From: a virus
Lineage: Duplodnaviria; Heunggongvirae; Uroviricota; Caudoviricetes
Direction: 5' to 3' (one strand)
IMG/VR virus record: IMGVR_UViG_2534681673_000007
Location: 1-37,562 of that record
Length of the DNA stretch: 37,562 nt
The translations under genes and the position numbers were made by a program. The notes beneath the pieces are model-generated. The model did not search any database. It worked only from the letters and a program-made list of their open reading frames with translations, and had not been told where the DNA came from. Shown in pieces: positions 1 through 11,301 of the stretch (within the stretch, counting starts at the first letter, position 1; each line of letters opens with the position of its first letter).

Positions 1-774
<774 letters not shown>

Positions 775-1322
775 GTATTCAATTGATAAGATTAAACCGC
801 AGCACGTTATTGCATACAACGTGTCTGCGTTTTCAACTCCGCCGCCCCCCAATCATGATTGGACAGCACTTGCAAAAAAAAGAAATTAGTATTCTCAGCA
901 GGACACCGGTCAGATAGTGCGGCAGATCAATGTCTGGTGAATATTGATGACCGCTGCCCGCTGATTCTATTGCCGAAACTGTGCGGGAAAAGATGTGGCA
1001 AGATATTGTTGGTAAAAAATTCTCAGTGACTTTATGCCAGCAAATCAGTTTGCCTGGCATCCAGTATCGTGTGCGGTGGATAATGTCAAAAAACATGGGG
1101 AGTCGATTAAACAGGTATAATCGTTAAAAACCTTCAAACTCCAGGCAAAACCCTATTTCATAGAACATGTACTTTCATCTGGTATACATGAACGAATTAT
1201 GACTGCGTTAGTAAAATTACCCTGGTTAAATTACAGGCAGAGATATATGTTCCAGTCCAGTGCTTTTTCGTTTACAATATTTATCTTTCATTATCACTTG
1301 ACTTTATTAAAAGAGGTTCGTT

Positions 1323-2390
1323 GTGACGAATGTTTTTGGGAAGAGAATATATACCCTGGATGTTCTGAGAGGATTTGCCGCACTTTCCGTTGTGTTATGG
1401 CATTGGCAACATTTTTTTATGAAAAAGAATGCTGCATCTGACATAATCATAAACCGCCAACCTTTTTATGAATTTTTTTCCGTCTTTTATCATTACGGTT
1501 TATATGCTGTCGAATTGTTTTTTATGATTTCTGGATTCATATTTTTTTATCTATACGCTGACAATATACACAGCAATAAAACCTCAGCAAAAACTTTTAT
1601 AGTTAACCGTGTCAGTAGATTATATCCACTTTATATATTTACATTTGCTGTCGTGGCAATATTGCAAATTATTTTCTTTAAAAGTCATAATTATTTTTTT
1701 GTTTATCCTATGAATGACATTTACCATGCCATTCTGAATTTATTGATGATTCAATCATGGGGATTTGAGCGAGGTTGGTCCTTCAACGCCCCGACATGGT
1801 CCGTGTCGATTGAAGTACTTATGTACATGATATTTTTTATATTATGCAAGTTCACATCAAAAACAACATTCATATCAATTTTAATAGTTGCATTATCGTA
1901 CTACTTTTTCAAAATTAACAATCCCATAATGATCGGCGCATTCTCTTTCTTTATTGGTGGTCTGACCTATAAAATTACGATTGCGGCCATAAAAAATATT
2001 AGCGCAAAGTTATTTTTTATTTTTGCTTGTGTTTTTCTATTGATCTCATGGGGAGTTATCTTTACCCTGCAAGTAGCAGATATATTCTCAATTATCTTAT
2101 TCGGATTTACCTCCATAATTTTTTTCCTTGTATCAATTAGCGCAATACGAAACGATTTTGGGAAAAAAATTGAATGGTTGGGTGATATCAGTTATTCATC
2201 TTATCTTTTACATTTTCCTTTGCAAATCATTGTTGTTTATTTAGCTGACAAGATTGGCTATGGACGCGATCTTTTTTACAGCCCCAAGGTATTCATTTTA
2301 TTCATGCTTACATTAATGGCAATTAGCTATATGTCATATATATTCATTGAAAAACCATCGCAACAATTCATCCGAGATAAATTTCATTAA
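1323..2390 (+). CDS. Acyltransferase-3 family integral membrane protein (putative O-antigen/LPS O-acetyltransferase, lysogenic-conversion type)
   Basis: ORF 1323..2390 with GTG start preceded by AAGAGG. About 10 hydrophobic segments. N-terminal LDVLRGFAALSVVLWH motif typical of OafA/Oac-like acyltransferases. Visibly AT-rich compared with the phage core. Confidence 0.75.
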   Translation: MTNVFGKRIYTLDVLRGFAALSVVLWHWQHFFMKKNAASDIIINRQPFYEFFSVFYHYGLYAVELFFMISGFIFFYLYADNIHSNKTSAKTFIVNRVSRLYPLYIFTFAVVAILQIIFFKSHNYFFVYPMNDIYHAILNLLMIQSWGFERGWSFNAPTWSVSIEVLMYMIFFILCKFTSKTTFISILIVALSYYFFKINNPIMIGAFSFFIGGLTYKITIAAIKNISAKLFFIFACVFLLISWGVIFTLQVADIFSIILFGFTSIIFFLVSISAIRNDFGKKIEWLGDISYSSYLLHFPLQIIVVYLADKIGYGRDLFYSPKVFILFMLTLMAISYMSYIFIEKPSQQFIRDKFH

Positions 2391-2408
2391 GTAAAGTCAC
2401 TTTGCAAT

Positions 2409-2443
2409 GATTAGAGTCAACAACTATTACTTTGACTCTAATC
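2409..2443. terminator. Perfect 12-bp inverted repeat (GATTAGAGTCAA / TTGACTCTAATC, 11-nt loop) between convergent genes; possible bidirectional terminator or cargo boundary
   Basis: Seen directly in the gap between the acyltransferase stop (2390) and the tail fibre assembly stop (2651). No U-tract on either strand. Confidence 0.3.
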
Positions 2444-2650
2444 ACACTGCAGTTTATCCGTATGCTCTATATTCATAAAAATCGACATCAATATATAGAA
2501 TGGAAATAAACGAAACCGCGTCACATCCTCAATATAGAAGCGTTCAAAGCCTTGCAAACCATTGCGAGGCTTTATGTGTCACAGTTTTATCCTACTTTTA
2601 TTACACAAAAAGAATTGAGTTACAATTAAACCGCTTCTCCTCAACAGATT

Positions 2651-3067
2651 TTATTCAGCGAAGCACGGTTCATCCGGCCACTCAATATCCGGTGCAATGC
2701 TGGTATCTGTTGCCGTCACAGCCTCGATATAATCCAGCACAACGTTAAGTCGGGTAGTTTCTTCTTGCGTCAGTTTGCGCCCGGCCTGCAGCTTTAACTG
2801 AATCACGCTGATATTGGCCATTGCTGCGTCTATCAGCGACTGTTTTTTCTGTTCAGCGTCAGCTACCAGTTCATCATGAGAACGTTCCGGAGGGAGCGGC
2901 GCAGTAAATACCCCGTCTGAATATGCCCAGCCGATTCCGGGCTGCTCACTGATATCAGAAATATTAATGAGCTGCAGATTATCCGGCACAGTGAATTCAT
3001 CCTCGCCATCCCAGACAATGACATTCACAACCATCCCATTTTCAATAACTGCATATGACGCATTCAT
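2651..3067 (-). CDS. Tail fibre assembly protein (chaperone)
   Basis: Start [16 protein letters not shown] at 3067, overlapping the upstream stop (TAATG). Position immediately downstream of the tail fibre gene. Sequence typical of Tfa-family proteins. Confidence 0.8.
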   Translation of the reverse strand: MNASYAVIENGMVVNVIVWDGEDEFTVPDNLQLINISDISEQPGIGWAYSDGVFTAPLPPERSHDELVADAEQKKQSLIDAAMANISVIQLKLQAGRKLTQEETTRLNVVLDYIEAVTATDTSIAPDIEWPDEPCFAE

Positions 3068-3993
3068 TATGCAAACTCCTCGATAATACAAACCCCAGCA
3101 GCACCTTTCCCGCCCGTCATACTGGTTCCGCTATAACCTGCATCGTATGCACCACCTCCGCCTGAACCAAATGCCCTGCCTCTAACGCCACCGCCAGCGC
3201 CTGCGCGTCCACCGCCTCCCCAGTACGATGCACCGCCTTCACCGCTGACGCCGATATTCCCGGACTGACCGTCGCCTCCATCTCCACCAGTGATGCGGAT
3301 ATCGCCAATATTCGGTACGCCTCCGTTACCGCCGTTTGTGTTTGTGACTCCTGATTTTCCGCCGCCTTCACCACCAGGGGCTATTACCGATCCGAACGAG
3401 CTATCACCGCCCTTGAGGCCGTTCGTCGCACCAACGCCGCCGGCCCCACCTGCGCCGATAGTGACAGGATAACTATTCTGTGTCGGGGTCAGTATGGTGA
3501 TTACTGTCCCTCCGGCCCCACCGCCAGCACCGAAAAACGTTTCGTTACTGGATATAGCCTGGCAGCCCCCCCCTCCGCCACCGCCGCCCGTTATTGTGAC
3601 CCTGATCCGTTTTGTTTCTAGTGATGGGGTATACGTACCTGATGACGCGAAAGCCCGGGTACTCAGCCGGCGTCCCACGTATCCGCTTGTATCTCCCAAA
3701 CCAAGGTTTTGAAGAGCCGTTTTCACCGTGCCGTCCGATTTGATATCGCCAAACGGATTTTTGCGACTTAACAGCAGCGCACGAAGCGCGGTAAGCAGCT
3801 GGTCATGCCGCCCCTTCTCCAGGCTGGCACCGGATGCCTCCACCACGCTGCAGAGCTCTTCCTGCAACATGTCAAAGTAGTCATCATCCAGATCGGTGGC
3901 AGGCGTGCCTGTCTGGGGGTTACCACGGGTAAAACCGTTCTTACCCGCGCCGAACTTATCCTTTTGCGCGGTTTTCGTGTCTATACGATGCAT
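3067..3993 (-). CDS. Tail fibre protein with glycine-rich repeat domain
   Basis: ORF 3067..3993. Long Gly-rich tracts ([25 protein letters not shown]). Sits between the Mu gp48-like gene and the Tfa gene. Confidence 0.75.
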   Translation of the reverse strand: MHRIDTKTAQKDKFGAGKNGFTRGNPQTGTPATDLDDDYFDMLQEELCSVVEASGASLEKGRHDQLLTALRALLLSRKNPFGDIKSDGTVKTALQNLGLGDTSGYVGRRLSTRAFASSGTYTPSLETKRIRVTITGGGGGGGGCQAISSNETFFGAGGGAGGTVITILTPTQNSYPVTIGAGGAGGVGATNGLKGGDSSFGSVIAPGGEGGGKSGVTNTNGGNGGVPNIGDIRITGGDGGDGQSGNIGVSGEGGASYWGGGGRAGAGGGVRGRAFGSGGGGAYDAGYSGTSMTGGKGAAGVCIIEEFA

Positions 3994-3996
3994 GGA

Positions 3997-4581
3997 TTAC
4001 TCCGGATATTTAAAAATTACGTAGGTATGCGACGGGCAGAGTTTGTTAAGCACGCACTCGATAACGGTGTCCCCCCAGATACGCAGTGCGGAATCGCAGG
4101 GATCGCCACATGTCATCCAGGTGGTGTTGGTGGCAGCTGGCATATTGACCTGCCAGTAATACCGCCATTCCGGCGCATTCACCGCGTCAGTACAGGCTGA
4201 TGAGCAGGTGAACGTGCTTTTGTCGTATCGCGTGATGTTGGCATCTGGTCTGCCCAGGGCAGCAAGCTGTGCAAGATAAAAATTCTCGTTGATGCCGCCC
4301 GCCAGGTTAACCTTCGCATCCAGCCGTTGCTGACGCTGGCGAAGGGTCTGTGTCCCTGCGGGAATACATTCATCCGGCAGACCGCACAGACGCTCCCAGC
4401 GGTTTATCAGTTCAGTGGTGGTGCGCGGATCCAGCTCCCGCATCAGGGCATCCGCACGCTGATGAACGCGGGTTAATGACGGTGCCGCACCGGCAATCGC
4501 CGGATCGCTGGCTGACCACGCCGGACCGGGGGGCAACAGTGCCGACAACAGACGGATGTAATCATCGTTTGTCACGTCCAT
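3997..4581 (-). CDS. Mu gp48-like tail/baseplate protein (DUF2313-type)
   Basis: ORF 3997..4581. Position after the baseplate J-like gene and before the tail fibre, as in Mu-type tail modules. Confidence 0.65.
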   Translation of the reverse strand: MDVTNDDYIRLLSALLPPGPAWSASDPAIAGAAPSLTRVHQRADALMRELDPRTTTELINRWERLCGLPDECIPAGTQTLRQRQQRLDAKVNLAGGINENFYLAQLAALGRPDANITRYDKSTFTCSSACTDAVNAPEWRYYWQVNMPAATNTTWMTCGDPCDSALRIWGDTVIECVLNKLCPSHTYVIFKYPE

Positions 4582-5630
4582 GAAATCGTCCCCAGTACCG
4601 CCAGTTCATTTTTTGCAATGGAGATATTGTCCGCCGGTGCAAGCAACTGATGGCTGTATTCCCCGTTCGCACCGGAAATCGCCTCACTGATACGCGACAC
4701 CTTCAGTTCTCCCTGCGGATAACCATCACGCAGCAAGAACGAACGCAACTCCGCGGTGATGGCAGCCCGTATTTCCGGTGTGTCCGGCGTCACGCGGATA
4801 TGAAAATCCACTTTATGCGCCACCGGCCTGAATACATACAAATCAGAGCCTGCCACCGGGGCCAGTGGCTCGATATGTTGTCTTGCCGCCGTTTCCGTTG
4901 ACTCTTCCGGAATGGGATTAATCAGGTCACTGCTGGCAATCATCACACCGACAGTCCCCGTTCCCATCCAGTGTCGGTATGTCCATGCGCGGGTAATGCC
5001 GGGCACTTCTTTAGCCCAGACGACATAGTCCCCGTCAGCCCCGCCCTGAGGCGTCCAGTAATACCGCTCAATGACGCGGGCGCGCCACGTTTCCAGCTCT
5101 TCAGTATCAAATCCGCCTGTCAGGGTGTCAGCCACACCGGAAGACGGCAGACCATTCACCGGCGTGACCAGGATTAATGCCGTACCGTCGTCAGCGTTAC
5201 CGACCGCGCCTGTAGTTGAGCAAGTAATCGGCACACGCAGGACACCACCGGAGCTGGTTGCATCGGCAGTTGCCGTGTACTGAACCAGGTCATCGCGCTG
5301 AATCACGCTCCCGGCAGTCACCTTCAGGCCATCGCTGACACCTTCCCAGCGCATATACCCGCTGGCAGCCGTGGCCCCCTTGCGCGGACACCGTTTCATC
5401 GCAGCATGTCGCGCCAGCCAGGACTCATCGCACAGGTCAGGCAGCATATTCATTGCCAGATAATCGATGTACCCGTAAACCGTATGCAGCGCCGCCGCAT
5501 ACACCTTTGCCCGCACGTCTTCATCCATGCGCCGGAGCGTGTCGCTGACGTCCAGCCTGGCGAATAAATCGTTACGGAGCATACTGATATTTTCTGCCAG
5601 CGTCGGGCGCTGAAATTCACTGTCCGCCAT
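4572..5630 (-). CDS. Baseplate J-like protein (Mu gp47 family)
   Basis: ORF 4572..5630, 352 aa. Size and synteny within the Mu-like baseplate cluster; overlaps neighbours by a few nt. Confidence 0.8.
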   Translation of the reverse strand: MADSEFQRPTLAENISMLRNDLFARLDVSDTLRRMDEDVRAKVYAAALHTVYGYIDYLAMNMLPDLCDESWLARHAAMKRCPRKGATAASGYMRWEGVSDGLKVTAGSVIQRDDLVQYTATADATSSGGVLRVPITCSTTGAVGNADDGTALILVTPVNGLPSSGVADTLTGGFDTEELETWRARVIERYYWTPQGGADGDYVVWAKEVPGITRAWTYRHWMGTGTVGVMIASSDLINPIPEESTETAARQHIEPLAPVAGSDLYVFRPVAHKVDFHIRVTPDTPEIRAAITAELRSFLLRDGYPQGELKVSRISEAISGANGEYSHQLLAPADNISIAKNELAVLGTISWT

Positions 5631-6045
5631 GCGTTATCGCACTCCACAGATCATCAAAAGAAATCATTACCGGTCCGTCACGACGCCAGAGAGTGATACT
5701 GTTACCCAGTTCATTAATCCCGGTGCGGCGGATATCCAGATCAATACGGGACACCACGCCATCATCAATCATCCATTGCAGGCATTCGCGGATATACCCC
5801 CTTACCGTCTGCACCAGCTGATTGGTCAGTTTGCTGCGCTGAAGCAGCCACAGTCGGGAGCCGTAACGGTCATTCTGTACCGCAGGCCAGGTATCCCCCC
5901 ACCATCCCATCGGGACGTCGGCATTGTCATCAGGTTCAGCCCGCCGCCAGGTGAACAGGGAAATCACCACGGCACGGGTCAGCGGATCCAGCGGTGCGCT
6001 GGCGCAGGTGCGTTTACCGTTCACCGTCAGCCACAGTTCCATCAT
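5617..6045 (-). CDS. Mu gp46-like baseplate protein
   Basis: ORF 5617..6045, 142 aa; synteny between the gp45-like and gp47-like genes. Confidence 0.7.
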   Translation of the reverse strand: MMELWLTVNGKRTCASAPLDPLTRAVVISLFTWRRAEPDDNADVPMGWWGDTWPAVQNDRYGSRLWLLQRSKLTNQLVQTVRGYIRECLQWMIDDGVVSRIDLDIRRTGINELGNSITLWRRDGPVMISFDDLWSAITHGGQ

Positions 6046-6590
6046 GCCTCCATCGCTTTATCAGGTTTGTCGGTGTTACTGCCCTGACCGTTCTCTCTGT
6101 GACGATGCCCGTTATAGGCAAGCCTCATCGCTGACATGGTGGTGCCGCTGGAGTCGCACAGGTCTTTCACCTGTCCTGTCACTTCCAGGTCCATTTCAAA
6201 ACGAGCCTTAGGCGCATTGCGAAACGTGATCGTTTTCCCTGCACCGTCCACCACGATCCCCGCCCGGGTCAGCGTCACGGACTGCCCCTGATCGTCATAG
6301 ACAGCCACCTCACCCGTCTGCAGCCCTTTCAGGCGGTAACGCCGATCCGACACCGTAACAACCACCGCATGAGAACGGTCACCATCCGGAAACAACACCA
6401 CCGCTTCCGCACCGCTGTTTGCCCTTGCGGTAAAACCGTAAGGTTCAAGATGTTCAACCCCGGCTTTGGGTTCACCGGCAATCAGGGACACATCCACGGT
6501 CTGACATTTCGTGGCGGCACTGATGCTTTTCACCACGGCCCGCCCAATCAGCCCGAGGAGTTGTCGCTGTATGGTTTCAATCGCCCTCAT
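6042..6590 (-). CDS. Baseplate assembly protein V / spike (Mu gp45 family)
   Basis: ORF 6042..6590, 182 aa; synteny. Start overlaps the upstream stop. Confidence 0.7.
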   Translation of the reverse strand: MRAIETIQRQLLGLIGRAVVKSISAATKCQTVDVSLIAGEPKAGVEHLEPYGFTARANSGAEAVVLFPDGDRSHAVVVTVSDRRYRLKGLQTGEVAVYDDQGQSVTLTRAGIVVDGAGKTITFRNAPKARFEMDLEVTGQVKDLCDSSGTTMSAMRLAYNGHRHRENGQGSNTDKPDKAMEA

Positions 6591-7669
6591 CAGAACGGGT
6601 CCTCCTGTACTCTGGCTTTTTTCTTTTTCCGCGCGCCGGGATCTTCGGGTTCAGGCAGATAAGCATCAGGCGGGCCGACACGGATTTCCGTCAGGGTGCC
6701 GTTCTGGTCCTGAGTAAACGTGACTTCCGAAACAAGCAGTTCGGTATTGTCGAAACCACAGACCGGATCAAAGACAATCACCCGCTGGTTGGGCTGCCAC
6801 AGCGTACCGTTACCCTGTCGCCAGCCCTGCACCACATAGGTGGTTTCATCCGTCCGCGCCGCCCGTTGTCGGGCTTCAAAGTCAGCACGCGCAATACAGC
6901 CTGCCCCCGTGGCCTGCCCTGTCTGCCTGATATACATCGGACGGTAACGGGCAATAAATGCGTCCTCTGTGCGGGCCCGCAGCGCGGTGGTGGTGGCCTC
7001 ACCGAAATCATCGTCGTTTCCGGCACGCTGCCCCGCCACCTGGTAAACAGAAAACCGCTCCCGGATACTCTTCTCCGTATCGCAGGAAAGGATGTTTTCC
7101 CCGAGTACCAGCGCGGTATGTGCCCGCGTTGAGCCAATACCGCCAATCACCAGCCTGCCGTGCGGGTCGTCGTAAGCCAGTGCCTGCTGCTGACCGAGTA
7201 TTTTGTTGATCACCTCAATCACCGTTTCGCCGTGATCAGGCTGGACATCAGGAATAACGCCCGACGGCGCACCGTTGTTCACCACCTCAATGCCGAAAGG
7301 CGCAGCAAGCGCCTGCGCAATCTGTACCAGCGATCGTCCGTTAAACTGTGTCGGTTCGGCTGCACAGTCAATCAGGTCAGCGGTCAGACTACGTCCGGCA
7401 ATACCGGTGCTGACCGAACGGGCATCGTAACGAACGGGAGTCGCCTCCACCCAGCCGGTGATCACCAGCTCATCACCAATCAGCACTTCCACTTTTGAAC
7501 CGTTTTTAATGCGCGGCTGAAGCGTGGTGATACCCTCATCTCCCGGCCACTGGCGGGTGATCTCCACACTGAAATCCCGCGCCAGCCGTTCAATACCGGC
7601 ACCGATGCGCACCGATGTCCAGCCATTCCACTCCCGGCCATTTACCCGTAGCGTGACATTGTCGTTCAT
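6590..7669 (-). CDS. Baseplate hub / late control D-like tail protein (Mu gp44 / P2 gpD family)
   Basis: ORF 6590..7669, 359 aa; synteny after the gp43-like gene. Confidence 0.75.
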   Translation of the reverse strand: MNDNVTLRVNGREWNGWTSVRIGAGIERLARDFSVEITRQWPGDEGITTLQPRIKNGSKVEVLIGDELVITGWVEATPVRYDARSVSTGIAGRSLTADLIDCAAEPTQFNGRSLVQIAQALAAPFGIEVVNNGAPSGVIPDVQPDHGETVIEVINKILGQQQALAYDDPHGRLVIGGIGSTRAHTALVLGENILSCDTEKSIRERFSVYQVAGQRAGNDDDFGEATTTALRARTEDAFIARYRPMYIRQTGQATGAGCIARADFEARQRAARTDETTYVVQGWRQGNGTLWQPNQRVIVFDPVCGFDNTELLVSEVTFTQDQNGTLTEIRVGPPDAYLPEPEDPGARKKKKARVQEDPF

Positions 7670-8994
7670 TGCACTGGCACCTTCAGAGGGATCACCGGCA
7701 CAAAGCCGGGATGCGTAATGGCATTACGCCGGATAATGTCCGCGTCACGCGCCGCGTTATCAAACCAGGTCGCCGCCAGCACCAGCGCGGGTAAAACCTC
7801 ATCCGGCGTGCGCTGAATGATCCGAGCAGACTGTTCAAGGCGCGTGTTGATATCCGCATTCAGATCTGCTTTCACCCGGCGCAGCGCCAGAAACAGCGCA
7901 TCACTGGTTGTACGGGACAACTCCTTATCAATTGCCGTATTCAGTGTGTCGCGAATGTCAGTCAGTTCTTCCCACGTCGGCAGGTCAACCGTGTTTTTCA
8001 CCGCCAGTGCATTGTTCAGTGCCGGATGCGTGACGGAAGGCCAGCCAGTGCTCTGCGCAGGTGTTGTTGCCTGCCCCATTGCGGCATTCTGCATCACCGC
8101 GGAAGTTGTTGGCGCAGGCAATCGGGTAACGGCATAGGCCGCTTCGCTGATTGCAGTCGTACGAAGGGTGCTGGCAACCACGTTACGCTGCTGCGTCGCC
8201 GTGACGGTGGTTTTACTGTCCGTTTTCCAGACGCCGCGCGGTTGCAGATCGCTGCCAAGGCTGACACCAGAAAGCGTTTTGATCATGGTGACCAGGTCGC
8301 TGGCGTTACCATAAAGGCGTTTCCCGGTACGCCACATTTTCTGCACCTGCTCAACGAGATTTTTGCCTGACGATGGCGGCGGCAGAAGTACCGAGATATC
8401 CCCCTGCAACAGCCTGGCGGCATCCGATACGGCAGAATCCACCACTTTCATCGCATCAGAAACATACCCCAGCATTGTGCTGACATTACCGACCACGTCG
8501 TTCTGCACAAAATCCGCCACGCCATCGATACTGAAACCACTGAAGCTGTCACTGATGCAGTCATCCAGTGCAGAACAGGATGACATCAGCGTCTGCGCCG
8601 TCGCCGCACCTGAAGTGGGGTAAGAGAGTTCTCCCGCTTCGACAAACTTCAGGTCAAAGCGGACAATACGCCCTTCACTCTTCGATGTGCTGACCCGAAC
8701 TTCCCCGTCAACACAGACTTTCAGCTCACCGTAAGTCGGATGGACAAGCGTGCCGGGACCGGGTTTATTCAGCGCGTCAATCAGGCGATCGCGCTGGTCA
8801 AAGCAGTCATCTCCCACCACATAAGCTGTGATGGACGGGCGAAAAGTGATTTTCCCCAGGTCTTCGGTATAGGGTTTGTCGCGGTTCGGGTATTCGTGCG
8901 TTTCCACACGACGACCGGTTCCCGCACTTTCTTCTTCAACCTTAAACGGCACACCGCGAAATGACGCGTCCTGAAGTCTGTCTTTCCACGTCAT
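7666..8994 (-). CDS. Mu gp43-like tail protein (DNA circularisation protein N-terminal family)
   Basis: Start placed at MTWKDRLQDASFRGVPF (codon at 8994), preceded by GGAG. ORF track extends to 9036. Confidence 0.7.
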   Translation of the reverse strand: MTWKDRLQDASFRGVPFKVEEESAGTGRRVETHEYPNRDKPYTEDLGKITFRPSITAYVVGDDCFDQRDRLIDALNKPGPGTLVHPTYGELKVCVDGEVRVSTSKSEGRIVRFDLKFVEAGELSYPTSGAATAQTLMSSCSALDDCISDSFSGFSIDGVADFVQNDVVGNVSTMLGYVSDAMKVVDSAVSDAARLLQGDISVLLPPPSSGKNLVEQVQKMWRTGKRLYGNASDLVTMIKTLSGVSLGSDLQPRGVWKTDSKTTVTATQQRNVVASTLRTTAISEAAYAVTRLPAPTTSAVMQNAAMGQATTPAQSTGWPSVTHPALNNALAVKNTVDLPTWEELTDIRDTLNTAIDKELSRTTSDALFLALRRVKADLNADINTRLEQSARIIQRTPDEVLPALVLAATWFDNAARDADIIRRNAITHPGFVPVIPLKVPVQ

Positions 8995-9054
8995 ATAAAC
9001 TCCGTACATAAAAAATCCCACCGGAGTGGGACTCATTAACAGATTAATTTTTCA

Positions 9055-10890
9055 TTACCTGCCAAAGCGCGTATAGCCAACATCATGGCTGACATCAAAA
9101 CCGCTGGATCGCGTTTCCATAACCCGCATACCCGGAGGCGAATTCACAAAAGAGACCTTGATCTCACCATCAACTTTTGGCGCAGAAGCTTTGTTAATTA
9201 TGAAGGGATTCGGGCCTGTGGCATCGGAGGCGTTGTTTGACTGAGCCGGATCCACCGCCGGATAAGGTGTGTATCCCCGCGCCGGTATTCCAGTCCCATA
9301 AGCATCATAAGCACCCGCGTCCCACTGCGCAGAGTTAATGGCATCGACCGTGTCACCGGAACTGTCGGTAAACCACTCAATAATTGGCTTCAGCTTGTCC
9401 CACATATCCTGAAACCACTTAACAACCGGTCCCCAGTTATTGATCACCATCCCCAGCGGCGACCAGGCAAAAACTTTCTTAAGGAGTTCCCAGCCAGCCT
9501 CAAAATAAGGACCAATGGTTTCCCAGAGCTTCTTGAAATAAGGTCCGACAACATCCCAGTTAGTGATAATTAATCCCGCAGCCAGGGCTATCGCCGTCGC
9601 AATCATGCCAATCGGCGTCATCGACATGATCCTGCTGACAATGCTGATGGCACTGCCAACGCCCATCAATCCCAGTTTCAGAATCGCAAGACCGGCAGCA
9701 AGCCCGACGACGCCGCGAATAACCCGGGGATTTTCATCCGCAAACTTCGTGAATTTTTCCCCTAACTCCCCCAGCCATTGCGTGATATTTTTGGCGTCAC
9801 CAGAAAATGCGCCGCCAATAGCCGCAAGGCCGTTAGTTGCGGTCCCCGTCATTGCCTCCCACAGGTTGGACAGCGTTCCAAGCTGGGCCTGAACACGTTT
9901 ATTCAGGCTGGCCTGTTTATTCATCTTCTGCTGGATCTGATCGTAGCCATCCTTTCCTTTATCGATTAGTGCATTGACCACCTGAAGGGTTTCGGCATCA
10001 TCACCAAATATTGCCTTAAGTACACCTGTTCGCTTAACGTCGGTCAGTTTTCGCAGCTTTGCCAGTTGCTTAAACATGTTATCAAGACCGCCAAAACTCC
10101 CTTTGCCGTCAGTAAAATCGAGCTGCACTCCGAGTTTCTGGCGGGCCATGACTTTATTGACGTCCCTGATTTTCTTAACGCTTAATCCGGACTGGATAAC
10201 TTTTCGCAGGGCATTACCTGCCGACTCCCCGTTCATCCCCATCTGATCCATCATGACGCTGATAGGGGCAAGGCTCTGTGCAGCCTGAAGTCCGTCCTTA
10301 TTCACCATCTTCAGAACAGAACTGGTTTTAGTGAAGAAGGACAACATGTTGGTATCGTCAACGCCCAGATAAAACGCCTTCTGGATAGTGTCGAACAGCC
10401 CCATCATGTCTTCTGACGCCGTTCCGGTAGCATCCTGCATCTTTGCAGCAAACTCAGCAGCCGCTTCCGGTGTTTTTTTCAGTTGTACCGCAAGATAAGC
10501 TGTCGCTTTACCCACACCACCAAGAATGTTTTCTGCCGGGATCCCCTGACGCACCAGCATCTGCATCATGTTCTGGAAATCAGCCGTTGTACCGGGTAGC
10601 TGGTTACCCAGGCCAATAGCCAGTTTATTGATGTCCTGAAAGCTCTTTCCAACCTCGCCGTTCGCATCCATCATGGCGACTTTCAGCCCGGTGGCGGCGT
10701 TTTCCTGATCAGCATAAGATTTCAGGGAAAGCGTCAGACCCGCTGCCAGTCCGCCACCAAGCGCCAGCCCACCCTGTGACGCTTCTTCCGCCTGGCGTTT
10801 AAATCCCCGGATTTTCTTTTGCATTTTCGACAGCGCGGGAGAAAGCCTGTCGACACCGGTGATCAACGCCTTAAGCTCAAATTCAGCCAT
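9055..10890 (-). CDS. Tail tape measure protein
   Basis: 611-aa ORF with Gly/Ala-rich and hydrophobic central segments. Directly downstream of the frameshifted tail chaperone pair. Confidence 0.85.
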   Translation of the reverse strand: MAEFELKALITGVDRLSPALSKMQKKIRGFKRQAEEASQGGLALGGGLAAGLTLSLKSYADQENAATGLKVAMMDANGEVGKSFQDINKLAIGLGNQLPGTTADFQNMMQMLVRQGIPAENILGGVGKATAYLAVQLKKTPEAAAEFAAKMQDATGTASEDMMGLFDTIQKAFYLGVDDTNMLSFFTKTSSVLKMVNKDGLQAAQSLAPISVMMDQMGMNGESAGNALRKVIQSGLSVKKIRDVNKVMARQKLGVQLDFTDGKGSFGGLDNMFKQLAKLRKLTDVKRTGVLKAIFGDDAETLQVVNALIDKGKDGYDQIQQKMNKQASLNKRVQAQLGTLSNLWEAMTGTATNGLAAIGGAFSGDAKNITQWLGELGEKFTKFADENPRVIRGVVGLAAGLAILKLGLMGVGSAISIVSRIMSMTPIGMIATAIALAAGLIITNWDVVGPYFKKLWETIGPYFEAGWELLKKVFAWSPLGMVINNWGPVVKWFQDMWDKLKPIIEWFTDSSGDTVDAINSAQWDAGAYDAYGTGIPARGYTPYPAVDPAQSNNASDATGPNPFIINKASAPKVDGEIKVSFVNSPPGMRVMETRSSGFDVSHDVGYTRFGR

Positions 10891-11301
10891 GTGTGCGTTT
10901 CTCCTGCTCTATCCTGTTTGCCTGACTGACCAGCAAGGGAATTTCACTGATCGGCATATTCAGCAATTCGAAGGGATTAATGCGCCAGTAGCTGGCGCAG
11001 TCAAAGAAGCGATCAGTGAGGTATTCAGCCGTCAGGCCTGGAGGAAAAAACCAGCCACAAGCCACGCGGCTGCATTCAGGTCTGCCGGAGACATCTGGTC
11101 GACAGAGCTTTGCGGCACTTTCGCCAGCCGCACAATGTATTTCGACACCACATGCGCCAGAAGTCTGACGGACTCATCCTGATTCATCTGGTAGGGATAC
11201 CCCAGCTCGCGGACATCCTTCCCGGTGGGTTCATCAAACTCCAGTACGGAGAGTGTCTCACCATGAGCGATAATCGGTTTCTTTAACTCAAGCTCTTTCA
11301 T
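10883..11301 (-). CDS. Tail assembly chaperone, long product made by programmed -1 frameshift at T_TTT_TTC (about 11044-11050)
   Basis: The -1 frame (ORF 10883..11065) reads ...WFFPPGLTAEY... through the same slippery site and runs to the tape measure start. Conserved chaperone/tape-measure frameshift arrangement. Confidence 0.65.
11032..11301 (-). CDS. Tail assembly chaperone (short, in-frame product)
   Basis: ORF 11032..11301, 89 aa. Ends ...AGFFLQA immediately after a GGTTTTTTCC slippery run. TAATG overlap with the tail tube stop. Confidence 0.75.
   Translation of the reverse strand: MKELELKKPIIAHGETLSVLEFDEPTGKDVRELGYPYQMNQDESVRLLAHVVSKYIVRLAKVPQSSVDQMSPADLNAAAWLVAGFFLQA

Noticed and set aside
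833-1096. Minus-strand 87-aa ORF in the left AT-rich gap, and plus ORF 1199..1441
   Set aside because: Low-complexity products, no RBS, and they sit in an apparently decayed non-coding region; 1199..1441 overlaps the acyltransferase start in another frame.
3290-3712. Plus-strand proline-rich ORFs (3290..3472, 3494..3712) and the minus ORF 3117..3374
   Set aside because: They are antisense or alternative-frame shadows of the Gly-rich tail fibre gene (GGN codons read as CCN on the other strand); the sense frame gives a coherent fibre protein.
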